Positions 41,292-51,600 are shown, counted from the first letter of the whole stretch. The stretch is DNA of 63,934 bases, filler included, from an uncultured Methanosarcinales archaeon (GCA_964510025.1; 3 parts of 3 records of this genome joined end to end with filler, not necessarily neighbours in it); one strand, 5' to 3'. Notes: generated from the sequence alone by a model not told the origin. Made by a program: numbers and translations.

Positions 41292-42563
41292 ATGACACAG
41301 ACAAATCCTTACGAGGACGCAAAGGAGATGATCGAAAAAGCAGCTGATAAGATCGGGTTAGAGAAGTGGATAACTGAAGCTCTGCTGACCACGCACAGGG
41401 AGCTTAAGGTAAGCTTTCCTATCGAGATGGACGACGGCACAATCAGGAATTTCACCGGATTCAGGATCCAGCACAATCATATGAGGGGGCCTTTCAAAGG
41501 AGGGATAAGGTATCACTGGAACGTGAATCTGGACGAGGTCAGGGCGCTGGCAACCTGGATGACCATCAAGTGTGCTGTCGTTGATATTCCTTTTGGCGGG
41601 GCCAAAGGAGGAGTTATCTGCAACCCAAAAGACATGTCGAAAAAAGAGATAGAAGAGATGACAAAGGGATTTGTAAGAAGGATAGCTCCTCTGCTGGGTC
41701 CAAACTTTGACATACCAGCACCTGATGTCTACACCAACGCTGAGATAATGGGATGGATACGGGATGAATTTGAAAAATGCTCTGAAAAGAAAAGCCTTGC
41801 TGTGGTAACAGGAAAGCCTCTTGACAAGGGCGGTTCTGAAGGAAGGGAAGAGGCCACTGCCAGAGGCGGATTCTATGTCCTCGGGCAGGTGATGAAAGAG
41901 AAGGGGCTGAGAGGGCTGAAGGGCAGGACAATAGCAGTTCAGGGTTTCGGAAATGCGGGTTCAATCTTTGCCAGGATCGCCCATGAAAACGGCGCCAAGA
42001 TCATAGCAGTCTCAGACTCAAAAGGGGGGATTGTAAACAAGGATGGCCTTGATATACCTGAACTGATCAGGCACAAGCAAAAGAAAGGATGCGTGGCTGG
42101 CTGCAGCGATTCAGTGAACTCTACAAACGAGGACATCCTGGAGACTGAAGCAGATATATTGGTGCCTGCTGCTCTGGAAGATGTTATCACCATGGAAAAC
42201 GCAGACAGGATAAAGGCAAAGATAATACTTGAGCTGGCCAACGGTCCTGTAAGTTCAGGAGCAGACAATATACTGAACAAAAAAGGCATCATAGTGATAC
42301 CTGATGTTCTGGCCAATGCGGGCGGAGTGACAGTATCGTATTATGAGTGGAGGCAGAATATCGACAAGGAAAAATGGAGCAAGGCAGCAGTAAACAACAA
42401 GCTCAGGGATAAGATAACAGAGAATGCCTCTTTGGTTGTAAGAAGATCAAAAGAGCTTGGCGTGGACCTGAGGTTTGGAGCATATATAGTTGCGCTTGAA
42501 AGGATAGCCAAGGTCGCACGAAGGGAACTTCACAAAGAACACTGCTGGCGGGCCTATTTCTAG
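41292..42563 (+). CDS. gdhA: Glutamate dehydrogenase (Glu/Leu/Phe/Val family)
   Basis: RGPFKGGIRY, GGAKGG, DIPAPD, VTGKP, QGFGNAG, ELANGP, PDVLANAGGVTVSY. Confidence 0.93.
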   Translation: MTQTNPYEDAKEMIEKAADKIGLEKWITEALLTTHRELKVSFPIEMDDGTIRNFTGFRIQHNHMRGPFKGGIRYHWNVNLDEVRALATWMTIKCAVVDIPFGGAKGGVICNPKDMSKKEIEEMTKGFVRRIAPLLGPNFDIPAPDVYTNAEIMGWIRDEFEKCSEKKSLAVVTGKPLDKGGSEGREEATARGGFYVLGQVMKEKGLRGLKGRTIAVQGFGNAGSIFARIAHENGAKIIAVSDSKGGIVNKDGLDIPELIRHKQKKGCVAGCSDSVNSTNEDILETEADILVPAALEDVITMENADRIKAKIILELANGPVSSGADNILNKKGIIVIPDVLANAGGVTVSYYEWRQNIDKEKWSKAAVNNKLRDKITENASLVVRRSKELGVDLRFGAYIVALERIAKVARRELHKEHCWRAYF

Positions 42564-43987
42564 GGTTCCTCAAAGACATGCGCCTGGTAGACATACACCT
42601 CTGTTGATGGATCATCCCAGCAATCCGCAGGCATGCTGCCCTTCAGGCATAGCTTTGTCAAGAAATCTTCTTTATCAGCCAGCTTTTCCCAGACCTGGGG
42701 GAGATAGGTGCTTGACCTATGGCCCTGCCTTAGGACTACACCATCTATCCCTGGCCTGAGCTTGCTTTTGAGTTCCTCGCCAGAGCTGAATGATAGCCTC
42801 CGAGGCACAGTTAGAACTGATATCTCTATGTCTATCTCATCAAGCTCATCTATAGTCACCGGAGAGAACCTCCTATCGTCCACAGCTGCGCTGATCGCGT
42901 TGTCCATGACACATTTGTAAAGCTCTTCCTGGGGGGAGATATGTCCTATGCAGCCTCTCAGATTGCTGTCCTTGTTCAATGTCGTGAAACAGCCCTGAAC
43001 ATCTCTTAATGATGATGGGACATCTTCTGGTGTTGGTGATTTCCCTGTCTTCAGGTATGACTCAATAGTGTCCCTAGCGAGCTTCAGAAGAAATTCCTGG
43101 TCTTTCCTGCTCAGCAACCGGTCATCGACAAAGATTATAGAAGAATAGCCTACAACACTGCTCTTATCGCCGGTAACATCACCTGAATTCATATAGTATA
43201 CAAGATGGGGGGTCCAGCTTTTCTCTTTCGCTATAAGTATCAAGGTGGAGACTGCCCATGGCGCATCTATCTCTGCATTGAAGATGTTCTCAGCGTCCAG
43301 CTCCAGGATGCGCTGTATAGAATAGCTGTCAAGTGTCTTTGCCTCGTCATATTCGTGATAGTGCGAGAGATCTACGCTGACCACAACCAGGTCATCTTCC
43401 CCGACATATCTGGTCAGGACGCCCTTCAGAGCAGATGGGTCCATAGGCCCTACAAGGATAGGCACTATCTCAAGGTCTTCGATGACTGACTGAAGAAAGG
43501 GAAGCTCTATCTCCAAAGAATGCTCGTTTGCATGGGCTCCGGGTATTGTGCTTATCAGGTCTTCCCTGAGCATGGCCTCTGCCTTCTGGCTGACCTTTAC
43601 CTCTCCCAGCGGCGTCTCATAGTGAGAGACATCCAGGATAGAGGCTCCCTGCAAAGGATACCTGTGGGACGGTCCCAAAAGGAATACTGTTTCGTAGTCT
43701 GTGTCGAGCTGCTTGAAGGCTGTCGCTGCCACCTGGCCGGAATACATGTAGCCTGCATGCGGCACTATGATGGCTTTCACAGTCCCGTTAAGCTGCAACT
43801 TTCTTACGCTTTCAAGCAGGGAACCAACAACCTTGTCAAGATTTTCCTCCGGATACCATGAACCTGCAAACATGGCTTGCCTCACATTCTTGTCTTCTGG
43901 CTTATAGGCCAGCTTTGCAAGCGCTGCTGTAAATACAATAAGGAATATCATAAACAAAGCTATGTGCTCTTTTTTGATGCTTTTCAT
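42560..43987 (-). CDS. amrB: AmmeMemoRadiSam protein B (MEMO1) fused to protein A (AMMECR1), with N-terminal TM
   Basis: AGSWYP, PHAGYMYSG, EHSLEIELPFLQ, DLSHY, VVGY; then LRGCIG, DRRF, EISVLT, TYLPQVW. Confidence 0.92.
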   Translation of the reverse strand: MKSIKKEHIALFMIFLIVFTAALAKLAYKPEDKNVRQAMFAGSWYPEENLDKVVGSLLESVRKLQLNGTVKAIIVPHAGYMYSGQVAATAFKQLDTDYETVFLLGPSHRYPLQGASILDVSHYETPLGEVKVSQKAEAMLREDLISTIPGAHANEHSLEIELPFLQSVIEDLEIVPILVGPMDPSALKGVLTRYVGEDDLVVVSVDLSHYHEYDEAKTLDSYSIQRILELDAENIFNAEIDAPWAVSTLILIAKEKSWTPHLVYYMNSGDVTGDKSSVVGYSSIIFVDDRLLSRKDQEFLLKLARDTIESYLKTGKSPTPEDVPSSLRDVQGCFTTLNKDSNLRGCIGHISPQEELYKCVMDNAISAAVDDRRFSPVTIDELDEIDIEISVLTVPRRLSFSSGEELKSKLRPGIDGVVLRQGHRSSTYLPQVWEKLADKEDFLTKLCLKGSMPADCWDDPSTEVYVYQAHVFEEP

Positions 43988-44559
43988 GACCATATGCCTG
44001 CAACCTTTTCCCCGCAAAACCTGCAGCTGGCTTGCTGAATATTGTTCTCCTTTACAGTGTAGCCTGTCCTGGATATTAATAACCTTTGGCATCCTGGGCA
44101 GTATGTGTCCTGTGAGCCTGGAAGATTGCCTATGTAGACAAAATTCAGTCCTGATTCCATTGCAATCTCTCTTGCCTTTTTCAGGGTTGCAGGGGATGTT
44201 GGTGGGAGATGAGTCAGCTTGTACATAGGAGAAAACCTTGAGAAATGCAGCGGATAGTCCTTGAAGCCGTTCTTATAGAGCCATGCTGTCATCTCTTTTA
44301 TCATGTCCAGGCTGTCAGTCCATGATGGAACCAGAAGGTTTGTTATCTCTATCCACTTGCCCAGCTCCTTTAATATTTTCAAGGTCGTAAGTATGGGCTT
44401 TAGATGGCCCTGGTTAAGCTCCTGGTAGATGCTTTCATCAAAGCTTTTCAGGTCTACATTTGCAGCATCCAGGTATTTACATAGGTCCTGCAAGGGCTCC
44501 TGGTTCATGTAGCCGTTTGTTATCCAGAGATTTTTTATGCCTTTTTCAGCTGCAAGCTC
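43984..44559 (-). CDS. amrS: AmmeMemoRadiSam radical SAM enzyme (copy 2), 5'-truncated at contig end
   Basis: ITNGYMN, ANVDLKSF, PLHFSRFSPMYK, YIGNL, CPGC...CRFCG. Confidence 0.88.
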   Translation of the reverse strand, partial: ELAAEKGIKNLWITNGYMNQEPLQDLCKYLDAANVDLKSFDESIYQELNQGHLKPILTTLKILKELGKWIEITNLLVPSWTDSLDMIKEMTAWLYKNGFKDYPLHFSRFSPMYKLTHLPPTSPATLKKAREIAMESGLNFVYIGNLPGSQDTYCPGCQRLLISRTGYTVKENNIQQASCRFCGEKVAGIWS

Positions 44560-44610
44560 GATATCCCGGACGACGTGGCTCTGTTCGTGGCCTCCTCGGT
44601 CAAGTCCTCG

Positions 44611-44710
44611 NNNNNNNNNNNNNNNNNNNNNNNNNNNNNNNNNNNNNNNNNNNNTTAATTAATTAANNNNNNNNNNNNNNNNNNNNNNNNNNNNNNNNNN
44701 NNNNNNNNNN
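44611..44710. other. Artificial contig-joining linker
   Basis: N run + TTAATTAATTAA + N run. Confidence 0.97.
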
Positions 44711-45012
44711 CGTGAGCTGGGTTCAGAACGCTGTGAGGCAGTTTGTTTGATATCTACTGGAAATGCTTGGTGTCTGATAGGAAGGATCCTCTAGTACGAG
44801 AGGAACGAGGGTTCGACGCCTCTGGTCGACCTGTTATCTGGCAAGGTAGGCAGGGCAGCTACGCGTTATAGGAATAAGTGCTGAAAGCATCTAAGCGCGA
44901 AGTCCTCCTAGAAAATAGACACCTTAGAACACGGATAAAACATCCGTTTGATGGAATCGGTGTGTAAGTACCAAGCTTCGGCGAGGTATTCAGCATGCGA
45001 TCACCAACAGTT
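44711..45012 (+). rRNA. 23S rRNA, 3' terminal ~300 nt (3' end approximate)
   Basis: GTGAGCTGGGTT, sarcin-ricin loop AGTACGAGAGGA, GCTGAAAGCATCTAAG. Confidence 0.95.
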
Positions 45013-45085
45013 CGTAAACTCTATACATGGTTGCTTTTTTTTCTTAGATAGATTTTTAAACACAAGCCTAGATATAGCGTAAGCT

Positions 45086-45532
45086 ATGATAGAACAGTTG
45101 GCAGAACAAGCAAGAGGCTCTATCAGCGCCTTCTGTATAGGTGAATGTAAGTCATACTGCTGCAGAAAAGGCTTCCTAGCCTTGACAGGGCCTGAAGCTG
45201 ATCTCGTCACGAATAAAGCAAAGGATGAACTTATCGCCAACAGTATCCTGAAAAGACTCGCAAGCGGCAATTTCACGTTGTACCTAGGGGACTATAGATA
45301 TCCATGCCCCAGCTTAAAGGACTTCAGGTGTTCCATACACAAAAATCCCCAAAGGCCGCAGGCATGTAAAAACTTTCCGATATTCGTAACCGGCAAGTCA
45401 GTCCAGCTGTCTCATAGGTGCCTGGCTGTAAAGCTGGGTATGTTCTATCCTTACATAAAGAAGTGGCTGGCTTTAGGATGTAGAGTTGAAGAGAGCGATC
45501 CCTTCTTTGACCTAGAACTGATAAAAAAATAG
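45086..45532 (+). CDS. YkgJ-family cysteine-cluster protein
   Basis: CIGECKSYCC, CPSL...CSIH..RPQACKNFP. Confidence 0.85.
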   Translation: MIEQLAEQARGSISAFCIGECKSYCCRKGFLALTGPEADLVTNKAKDELIANSILKRLASGNFTLYLGDYRYPCPSLKDFRCSIHKNPQRPQACKNFPIFVTGKSVQLSHRCLAVKLGMFYPYIKKWLALGCRVEESDPFFDLELIKK

Positions 45533-45540
45533 AAAAAAAA

Positions 45541-45786
45541 TTATCTCTTTTTCTTTTTCTTCTTTCCGCGAACCATCTTTGCTTCGCAGACATTTCCTTT
45601 CTTGTCGATATAGTATAAGAAACCGTCTTTTCTCTTGATTCCTGCTTTTGCAACAGTCTGGACTTTTTTCCTGTATGGCTTGCCTGCCCTTTTCATGTTG
45701 ACTCTTGAAACATTGCCTTTCTTATCAACGTAATAGAGCCACCCCGATTCTCTCTTAACACCGGTCTTTGCAATTACTTTTCCCAT
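45541..45786 (-). CDS. Small very basic protein with two internal repeats
   Basis: VIAKTGVKRESGWLYYVDKKGNV / TVAKAGIKRKDGFLYYIDKKGNV plus poly-Lys tail; GAGGTGA RBS. Confidence 0.85.
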   Translation of the reverse strand: MGKVIAKTGVKRESGWLYYVDKKGNVSRVNMKRAGKPYRKKVQTVAKAGIKRKDGFLYYIDKKGNVCEAKMVRGKKKKKKR

Positions 45787-46133
45787 TTGTTTTTCACCTC
45801 GAGAATTTTTTAATTTTATACGTCCTATGAATAGCTTATTTATATGCTTATCGGTTTTTGAGTATATATTTCGAGGAGAAAACACTAAAATCTCGAGAAG
45901 GATGACACCCAAAAAAAAGGAATTTCTCTTGCTAAAAAAAATCAGCCAGGCTGACATTCCCTTGCTGTCTGCAGGCCAGGATGGTAGATTCTCTAAGCTT
46001 TTGAAGAACTGCAACTAAGAGGTTATCTGCAGATGGTCAGTCGCTGATCTATATTGTCCAGTATATAGGTTTTTCGAAAGCTTTATATATAACTAATATA
46101 CAAATGTGTATACTAGTGTACAATTTTAAAAAA

Positions 46134-46376
46134 ATGGAAAAAGACACGAGAGAATACATTGAGAATATCGACGCATGGATCAAGCAGATAAGGTCCGAAT
46201 TTAGCGAGCTTACAGACGTATCTTCAGTGGTAGACGAAAATGTGGGCAATATCCAGCATAACTATGAGCTCATACATGAACTGAGGGACGAGATAGATTC
46301 CCTAAAAAAGGAGCTTAGCGCCCTGAAGCTCCTTCAGCTTATGCAGATAAAGGAGAAGCTGGTCCGGCGAACATAG
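46134..46376 (+). CDS. Hypothetical coiled-coil protein
   Basis: 80-aa heptad-rich ORF with TATA-like upstream region. Confidence 0.65.
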   Translation: MEKDTREYIENIDAWIKQIRSEFSELTDVSSVVDENVGNIQHNYELIHELRDEIDSLKKELSALKLLQLMQIKEKLVRRT

Positions 46377-46685
46377 CTATTTCTTTATCTGGTTCTCGAT
46401 ATTTTTTAGAACTGAATCAAGAGCGATAAAAAGGTTTCTTTCCTCAGCCTTCGAAGTTATCGGTTTTCCATCATCTATGCATTTTGCATGCAGCTCGTAT
46501 ATCTTTGAAGCCTCTGTCTCATGCACAGGCTTCATCGTAAGGGTCAACTCTTCAAATTTCCCGCATATCTCTCCCAGTCTTTTGGCATAGTTGCCCACCA
46601 TTTTTTTGAGCACGGTCATCTGGCCGCCGTCAAGTTCTGAAAAACCCGCTAATTGAATATTGCCTCCAAGCTTTAGAACATCCAT
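46377..46685 (-). CDS. Hypothetical protein, possible HPF/RaiA-like fold
   Basis: Beta-alpha-beta-beta-beta-alpha-like pattern ending NLFIALDSVLKNIENQI; GAGGTG RBS. Confidence 0.6.
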   Translation of the reverse strand: MDVLKLGGNIQLAGFSELDGGQMTVLKKMVGNYAKRLGEICGKFEELTLTMKPVHETEASKIYELHAKCIDDGKPITSKAEERNLFIALDSVLKNIENQIKK

Positions 46686-46789
46686 CCCTATGCACCTCGT
46701 TGCTGTTTTTATCTTATCATATACCAGATAGTATAAAAAGTTTTTGCTGTACCAATAATATTAAAAGAAAAAGAAGCTTTCCCGTTAGT

Positions 46790-47287
46790 ATGAAGCTGTT
46801 CATAGCTGCGATGTATGGGAACGAAGAGACTTACAACCAGGTCAAAAATATCTTGATAAAGGACTATTCATCTTTACTCTTTGAATCCCAGCCTTACAGT
46901 TTCGACAGATTCACCAGCTACTATCAAAAAGAGATGGGCAGGGATTTGTTGAAGAGGTTCCTGATATTTTGTCTGGCAATAGAAAAAAAGGACCTTATTA
47001 AAATAAAGCAGGAGACAAGGGATATAGAGCAAAGATTTGCAGTGGACAGCAAAAGAACCATCAACCTGGATCCGGGCTACATAAGCACTAGTGAATTGGT
47101 GCTGGCATCTTTCAAAAGAGGAACCAACTACAAGGAATTAATTGGAGAGGGCGTGTATGCGCATAAGGTTCTTGGGTTTGAAGGGGATAGATGCGCGGTA
47201 TTCTGGCACACCTTTCCCGACTACAGAGAGCATCAGCCATTTTTTGCCTTCCTAAAAAAATCTGTGTCAAAGGAAAGACCCTTATAG
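46790..47287 (+). CDS. DUF4416-family protein
   Basis: TSYYQKEMG..L, L..IK..T..IE, RTINLDPGYI...LVLAS.K, TFPDYR. Confidence 0.8.
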   Translation: MKLFIAAMYGNEETYNQVKNILIKDYSSLLFESQPYSFDRFTSYYQKEMGRDLLKRFLIFCLAIEKKDLIKIKQETRDIEQRFAVDSKRTINLDPGYISTSELVLASFKRGTNYKELIGEGVYAHKVLGFEGDRCAVFWHTFPDYREHQPFFAFLKKSVSKERPL

Positions 47288-47772
47288 GTTTTTTCCAGAC
47301 TCTCCTCAAAGATCTCTTCGGCCATCTTTGCATTCTTCTTCTCCAGCTTTATCCTGTCGCCCAGCTTATAAACCAGGGATAGCGAATCCTCACCGTAAGC
47401 AAGCCTCAGGTAGATATCGTCCTGGTAGGTAGCCTCTGCGATATGGTCAAGCACATGCCTGTGCATCAGCGGCACCTTAACCTTTTCACCCACCTCCATA
47501 TCATGTGCAAATTGCTTCAGTCTGTCACGGATCTCAGAATATTCCGCAGGGCTTATCATGCCGTCCCCGCTGGGAAAGCATCTTATCCTGTGATATCTGT
47601 TACCGTTCTCGTCCAGCCTGCCGATCCTATGCACAGTCACTGCCCACTTAAGCTCCCTGCCGAACAGCTTCATTATCTTTTCCCCTGACTCAAGCCCCTC
47701 TGGGGAGCACAGCATTGTAAGCTCTATCTTGATCCAGCTTGTTTCCTCTATGCCCAGCTCCTTCTTTTTCAT
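47233..47772 (-). CDS. Hypothetical protein
   Basis: 179-aa ORF with TATA-like upstream region. Confidence 0.6.
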   Translation of the reverse strand: MKKKELGIEETSWIKIELTMLCSPEGLESGEKIMKLFGRELKWAVTVHRIGRLDENGNRYHRIRCFPSGDGMISPAEYSEIRDRLKQFAHDMEVGEKVKVPLMHRHVLDHIAEATYQDDIYLRLAYGEDSLSLVYKLGDRIKLEKKNAKMAEEIFEESLEKTYKGLSFDTDFFRKAKNG

Positions 47773-47825
47773 GCCTGCTAGTATTGGGATAGAATTATAA
47801 AAACCTTGCGGCCCGTAAGGTATGA

Positions 47826-47898
47826 TGGGCCTACGAGGATTCGAACCCCGATTCCACCGTCCGAAGCGGTGTGTCCTGATCCATTAGACTATAGGCCC
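47826..47898 (-). tRNA. tRNA-Arg(TCG)
   Basis: GGGCCTA/TAGGCCC acceptor, CACCG-CTTCGGA-CGGTG anticodon arm, TTCGAAT. Confidence 0.93.
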
Positions 47899-48046
47899 TT
47901 ATTATTTGAAAAAACAATAGAAATATATAAAGCTAATCAAAATTTCCGGAGAAGGCTTCTGAAGAATTTTTTTACAGAGTAACCGAATCTCTCAAGTTTA
48001 GTCTCTTCAATATCATATATCTGTAACTGAAACATCGCCAACACCC

Positions 48047-48328
48047 CTACTTCTTTGCCAAGGTTATCTCGATCAGGCTTACTCTGACCTCTCGCCCTTC
48101 TTTGTTCTGGAAAGCCTCTGAGTCTATCTTTATGTTCTTCACTTCAATGGTGTTCTCTAAAAACCGCTTGGTTGCGACCTCTGCCACATCCACTGCCCGG
48201 CTTATGAACTTTCCCCTTGCCTTCAATATAACTTCAGATGCGTTCTTCGTCGTAAACTGCATCACTACGCCGGTGACATAGTTCATAAACGGCTTGCCGC
48301 CGATAAAGATACTGTTGTCGTCTGCCAT
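48047..48328 (-). CDS. albA: DNA/RNA-binding protein Alba
   Basis: IFIGGKPFMNYV, KARGKFISRAVDVAE, VSLIEITL. Confidence 0.95.
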   Translation of the reverse strand: MADDNSIFIGGKPFMNYVTGVVMQFTTKNASEVILKARGKFISRAVDVAEVATKRFLENTIEVKNIKIDSEAFQNKEGREVRVSLIEITLAKK

Positions 48329-48332
48329 TTTT

Positions 48333-48530
48333 TCAACCTCCTTGTTTCTGCGCCTTGATGTTTTTGGTAACGTACCCTGCAATGGTATTTCTGATCTTCT
48401 TGCTCCTTATCTCAGCAAAATCACTGATGATTTTCTTGTTTTTCTCAAAATCCTCGGTAAGCTTATCACCGTAGTTCTTAATCAGTTCTTTGGTGACCCT
48501 CTTAACAAGCTTTGTCTTTATTCTTCCCAC
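48333..48530 (-). CDS. rps17e: 30S ribosomal protein S17e (copy B)
   Basis: MGRIKTKLVKR...DFEKNK...SKKIRNTIAGYVT. Confidence 0.93.
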   Translation of the reverse strand: MGRIKTKLVKRVTKELIKNYGDKLTEDFEKNKKIISDFAEIRSKKIRNTIAGYVTKNIKAQKQGG

Positions 48531-48634
48531 AATATCACTCAGCTGGGGACTGTTTCTCGATTTATAAAGATTTCGCTTGGTGAGCAGAAAGATTTATATA
48601 TAGATTGATATAAAATTAGTATCTATTGATATAT

Positions 48635-51600
48635 ATGAATAAAAAAGACATGTCAGTTTTGATTATCTTATTACTGGCTCCCGCTATTTTAGCCTACGAT
48701 TGGCAAATCATGAACAATGGTATGCCTATAGACGCTGGTGAACATATCTCCACTGATGGTTATGCGCTCTATAAAGAACAGACAATAGATGAGAACCATA
48801 ATTTTGTGTATTTTTTCGATTCAGAGATGTTAGGAAAATGTATGGGCAGGTTTAATTCAGAAAAAAGACAATGGCAAATCTGGTCATTTCAGGGCTGGTC
48901 TTCGCATCCCTATCTGGTTGCAGAACCGATTACCTATGGCCATTATGTAAATGATAAGATGGTTCTTTTTAATGATCCTTTGTATCCGGGAAGATTCATA
49001 GGCACAAGCGGAAGCACAATGAAGTCCGGATTAAATAAGCTCGACATCCACGGGAGCGTATATGGATTAATTTTCGATATGACAGACTGGCTCAGATATG
49101 ACAATGGGATAAGATACAGTAAATATACATCTACTCCGGTAATAAGTTCATGGGGCGGCGCGTCTAGGGATGCATATGACTTTGATTTTAACGGAAATAT
49201 AGGCATTGCCTTAGGGGTATACGGCCATTGGGGTATAAAGGGAAGGCTTATGGCCGCGCTCTATCATCACCAGGGTAATGAAAGTCTCTGGCAAAGATGG
49301 AACAATGGAAAATGGAATCCCATCACAAGCTTTTCCAACATCCCTTCTGATTGCTCATCTGTGCCTGATCCTGAACAACCCAAATACATGGAATACTATT
49401 CGCCGAAAGTTGCTTATATCCAAAATTCCACTGAATTTCTGGCTGTCTTTAACGAAATAGCAGATAATAGTATTTATTCTATAAAATATAACATAGAAGA
49501 AAGCCTTTGGTATTGGTGGAACGGTTCTTCCTGGATGACTGGAGATGATTTCGATCTTAGGCCTGTTATAGATACAGACCATTCCGGGAGGTATAAATCC
49601 CTGCTATCTAAAAAGAATGGTGATGTTTATCTTGTTTACTCAAAAGACTATGATTATCTTGCTTATCATAAGGTTTACTACTGCATCTATAATTCCTCAG
49701 ATAGTACATGGGGTAGTCCGCGCTATCTGGCAGATGCATCTGACTATATAGTTGGTCTGGATCATCAGGACAATCTCTGGTTTTTCTATTCAGATGATTT
49801 CAAAATACGCCTGATAAAAGAAACAGAAAACATTATGGAGGAGCCTGAAGAGATATACCAATCTAGAAACAGCAAATTGGTGTCCTTGGGATTCAAAAGT
49901 GGGATCCCTATACTCTTATTTTCAAAAGACAAAAGGCTTTTCGCCTTGTCCGATGCTGATAATGATCACTGGCAGGGCGAAAACCAGCTAATATTGGAAA
50001 ATAAGCCGCCTGTCCATGATATAGACAAATCCAAAATTGAATATCTCGGCAAATGGGATAATGATCACGATTATGAAAGATTCTCAATGCCTTATGGTGC
50101 CAGCCCAAGCGGCCATATGTGTATTGATTCAGCTGGGAGCATATATTCACCTAGAACGCCTGTCTGCAATGTGGTAATATTCCATAATTCATCCATCAAC
50201 AAGACAGGTTGGGGGGGATTCTGGGATTATTTCTCTTTTCCAGGAGGATGTGCGGTAGATAACGCAAAAGGGAAGGTATACATAACTAATTACTTAGTCA
50301 GGGGTGGTGGGGGGATGCCTACCCGTAATGGCCGTATTGAGATTTTTGATAAGTCCAGAAAGACAGTAGACACCTACTATCGTTCATCAAACCTTGATTT
50401 TAACAAGACATATCATCCCGAGTCTTCTGGGAATCTCCATTGGCCTAGCGATGTTGCAATAGATGAAGAATCTCACCTGCTTTACGTATCGAATTCAATG
50501 GGAAATGAGATTCTGAAGTATGACATTTCCCAGTCTCCCTTAAGGATAGGAAGGATAGAAGATGATTTCTCCTTTCCCCAAGGTATCGATACAGATCAAG
50601 AAGGAAACCTGTATGTTGTTGATTCCTACAACAGCAAGATCAAGAAATATGATGTAAATAATAACAAGATTGATGAATGGGGAGAACCTGGAAGGGGAGC
50701 AGGACAGTTTATCTATCCTTTCTCCATCGATGTAGAAAATGGCAGAGTATATGTAACTGACCCATATAACAAAAGGATACAGGTATTCACAAAACAAGGC
50801 AACTACCTGTACCAGTGGGGCGAGTGGAATGAGAGCTTAGATTTCGATGATTACATAGGTAGCGTAGTCGTTTCAGGAGATGCAGTCTATATGTCAGCAG
50901 GAGATAAAATCCACTTGTTCAGAATAAATAACATATCTGAGGTTCCTGACTACTGCACAGATCTAGACAGGGATGGCTATTTTTCGGACTGCGGCCAAGC
51001 AGATTGTGATGATCATAATGCCCATGTTTTTCCATCAAATCGGGAGGTGTGCGATGGTTTCGATAATGACTGCAATGGCCTCATAGATGAGAATCTGTAT
51101 TCCACACTGGGCTGTAGCCAAGAAGGTATCTGTCATGGCTCACATAGGACATGTGCCGATGGAGCCTTTGGCGAATGCCATCCGGCACCCAGGCAAGAGA
51201 TATGCAATAACGTCGATGAGGACTGTGACGGAAATACATGGTTCCACCTCGCGGATGGTTGCGACGGAGCTGACGCCTTTTGCCTTCCTGACGGAGAGCT
51301 TATCTGCCTCCAACCTATGGACAGTTGTCCAAACGGACTTAATAGCGAATGCGATGACTTCAACGATTGTACAGAAGATAGATGTGTGAATTATAGCTGC
51401 TTTTTTACCCATATAGCTGACATTGAAGATTGCTATTATTGTGCTACTGGGCCTTATGGAGATGACATGAGCATATGGGGAGGGTTAGATGTGGATCATA
51501 CTGGCGCCGTAGACAATTCAGATGCCAGAGGTTATTTTTTGCAATTTTATTCGACATTAACATGCAATTCATCCAACAGGTACTGCTTCTATAGGGATAT

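Noticed and set aside
44560..44610. GC-rich 50 bp continuing the amrS copy 2 frame
   Set aside because: Does not encode the expected YTYxEP region and differs in composition; likely a chimeric or low-quality contig end.
45787..46014. N-terminal extensions in the ORF track (also 57052-57180, 31782-31925, 4802-4945, 43994-44092)
   Set aside because: They run through promoter regions or neighbouring genes; RBS position and family N-termini favour the downstream starts.
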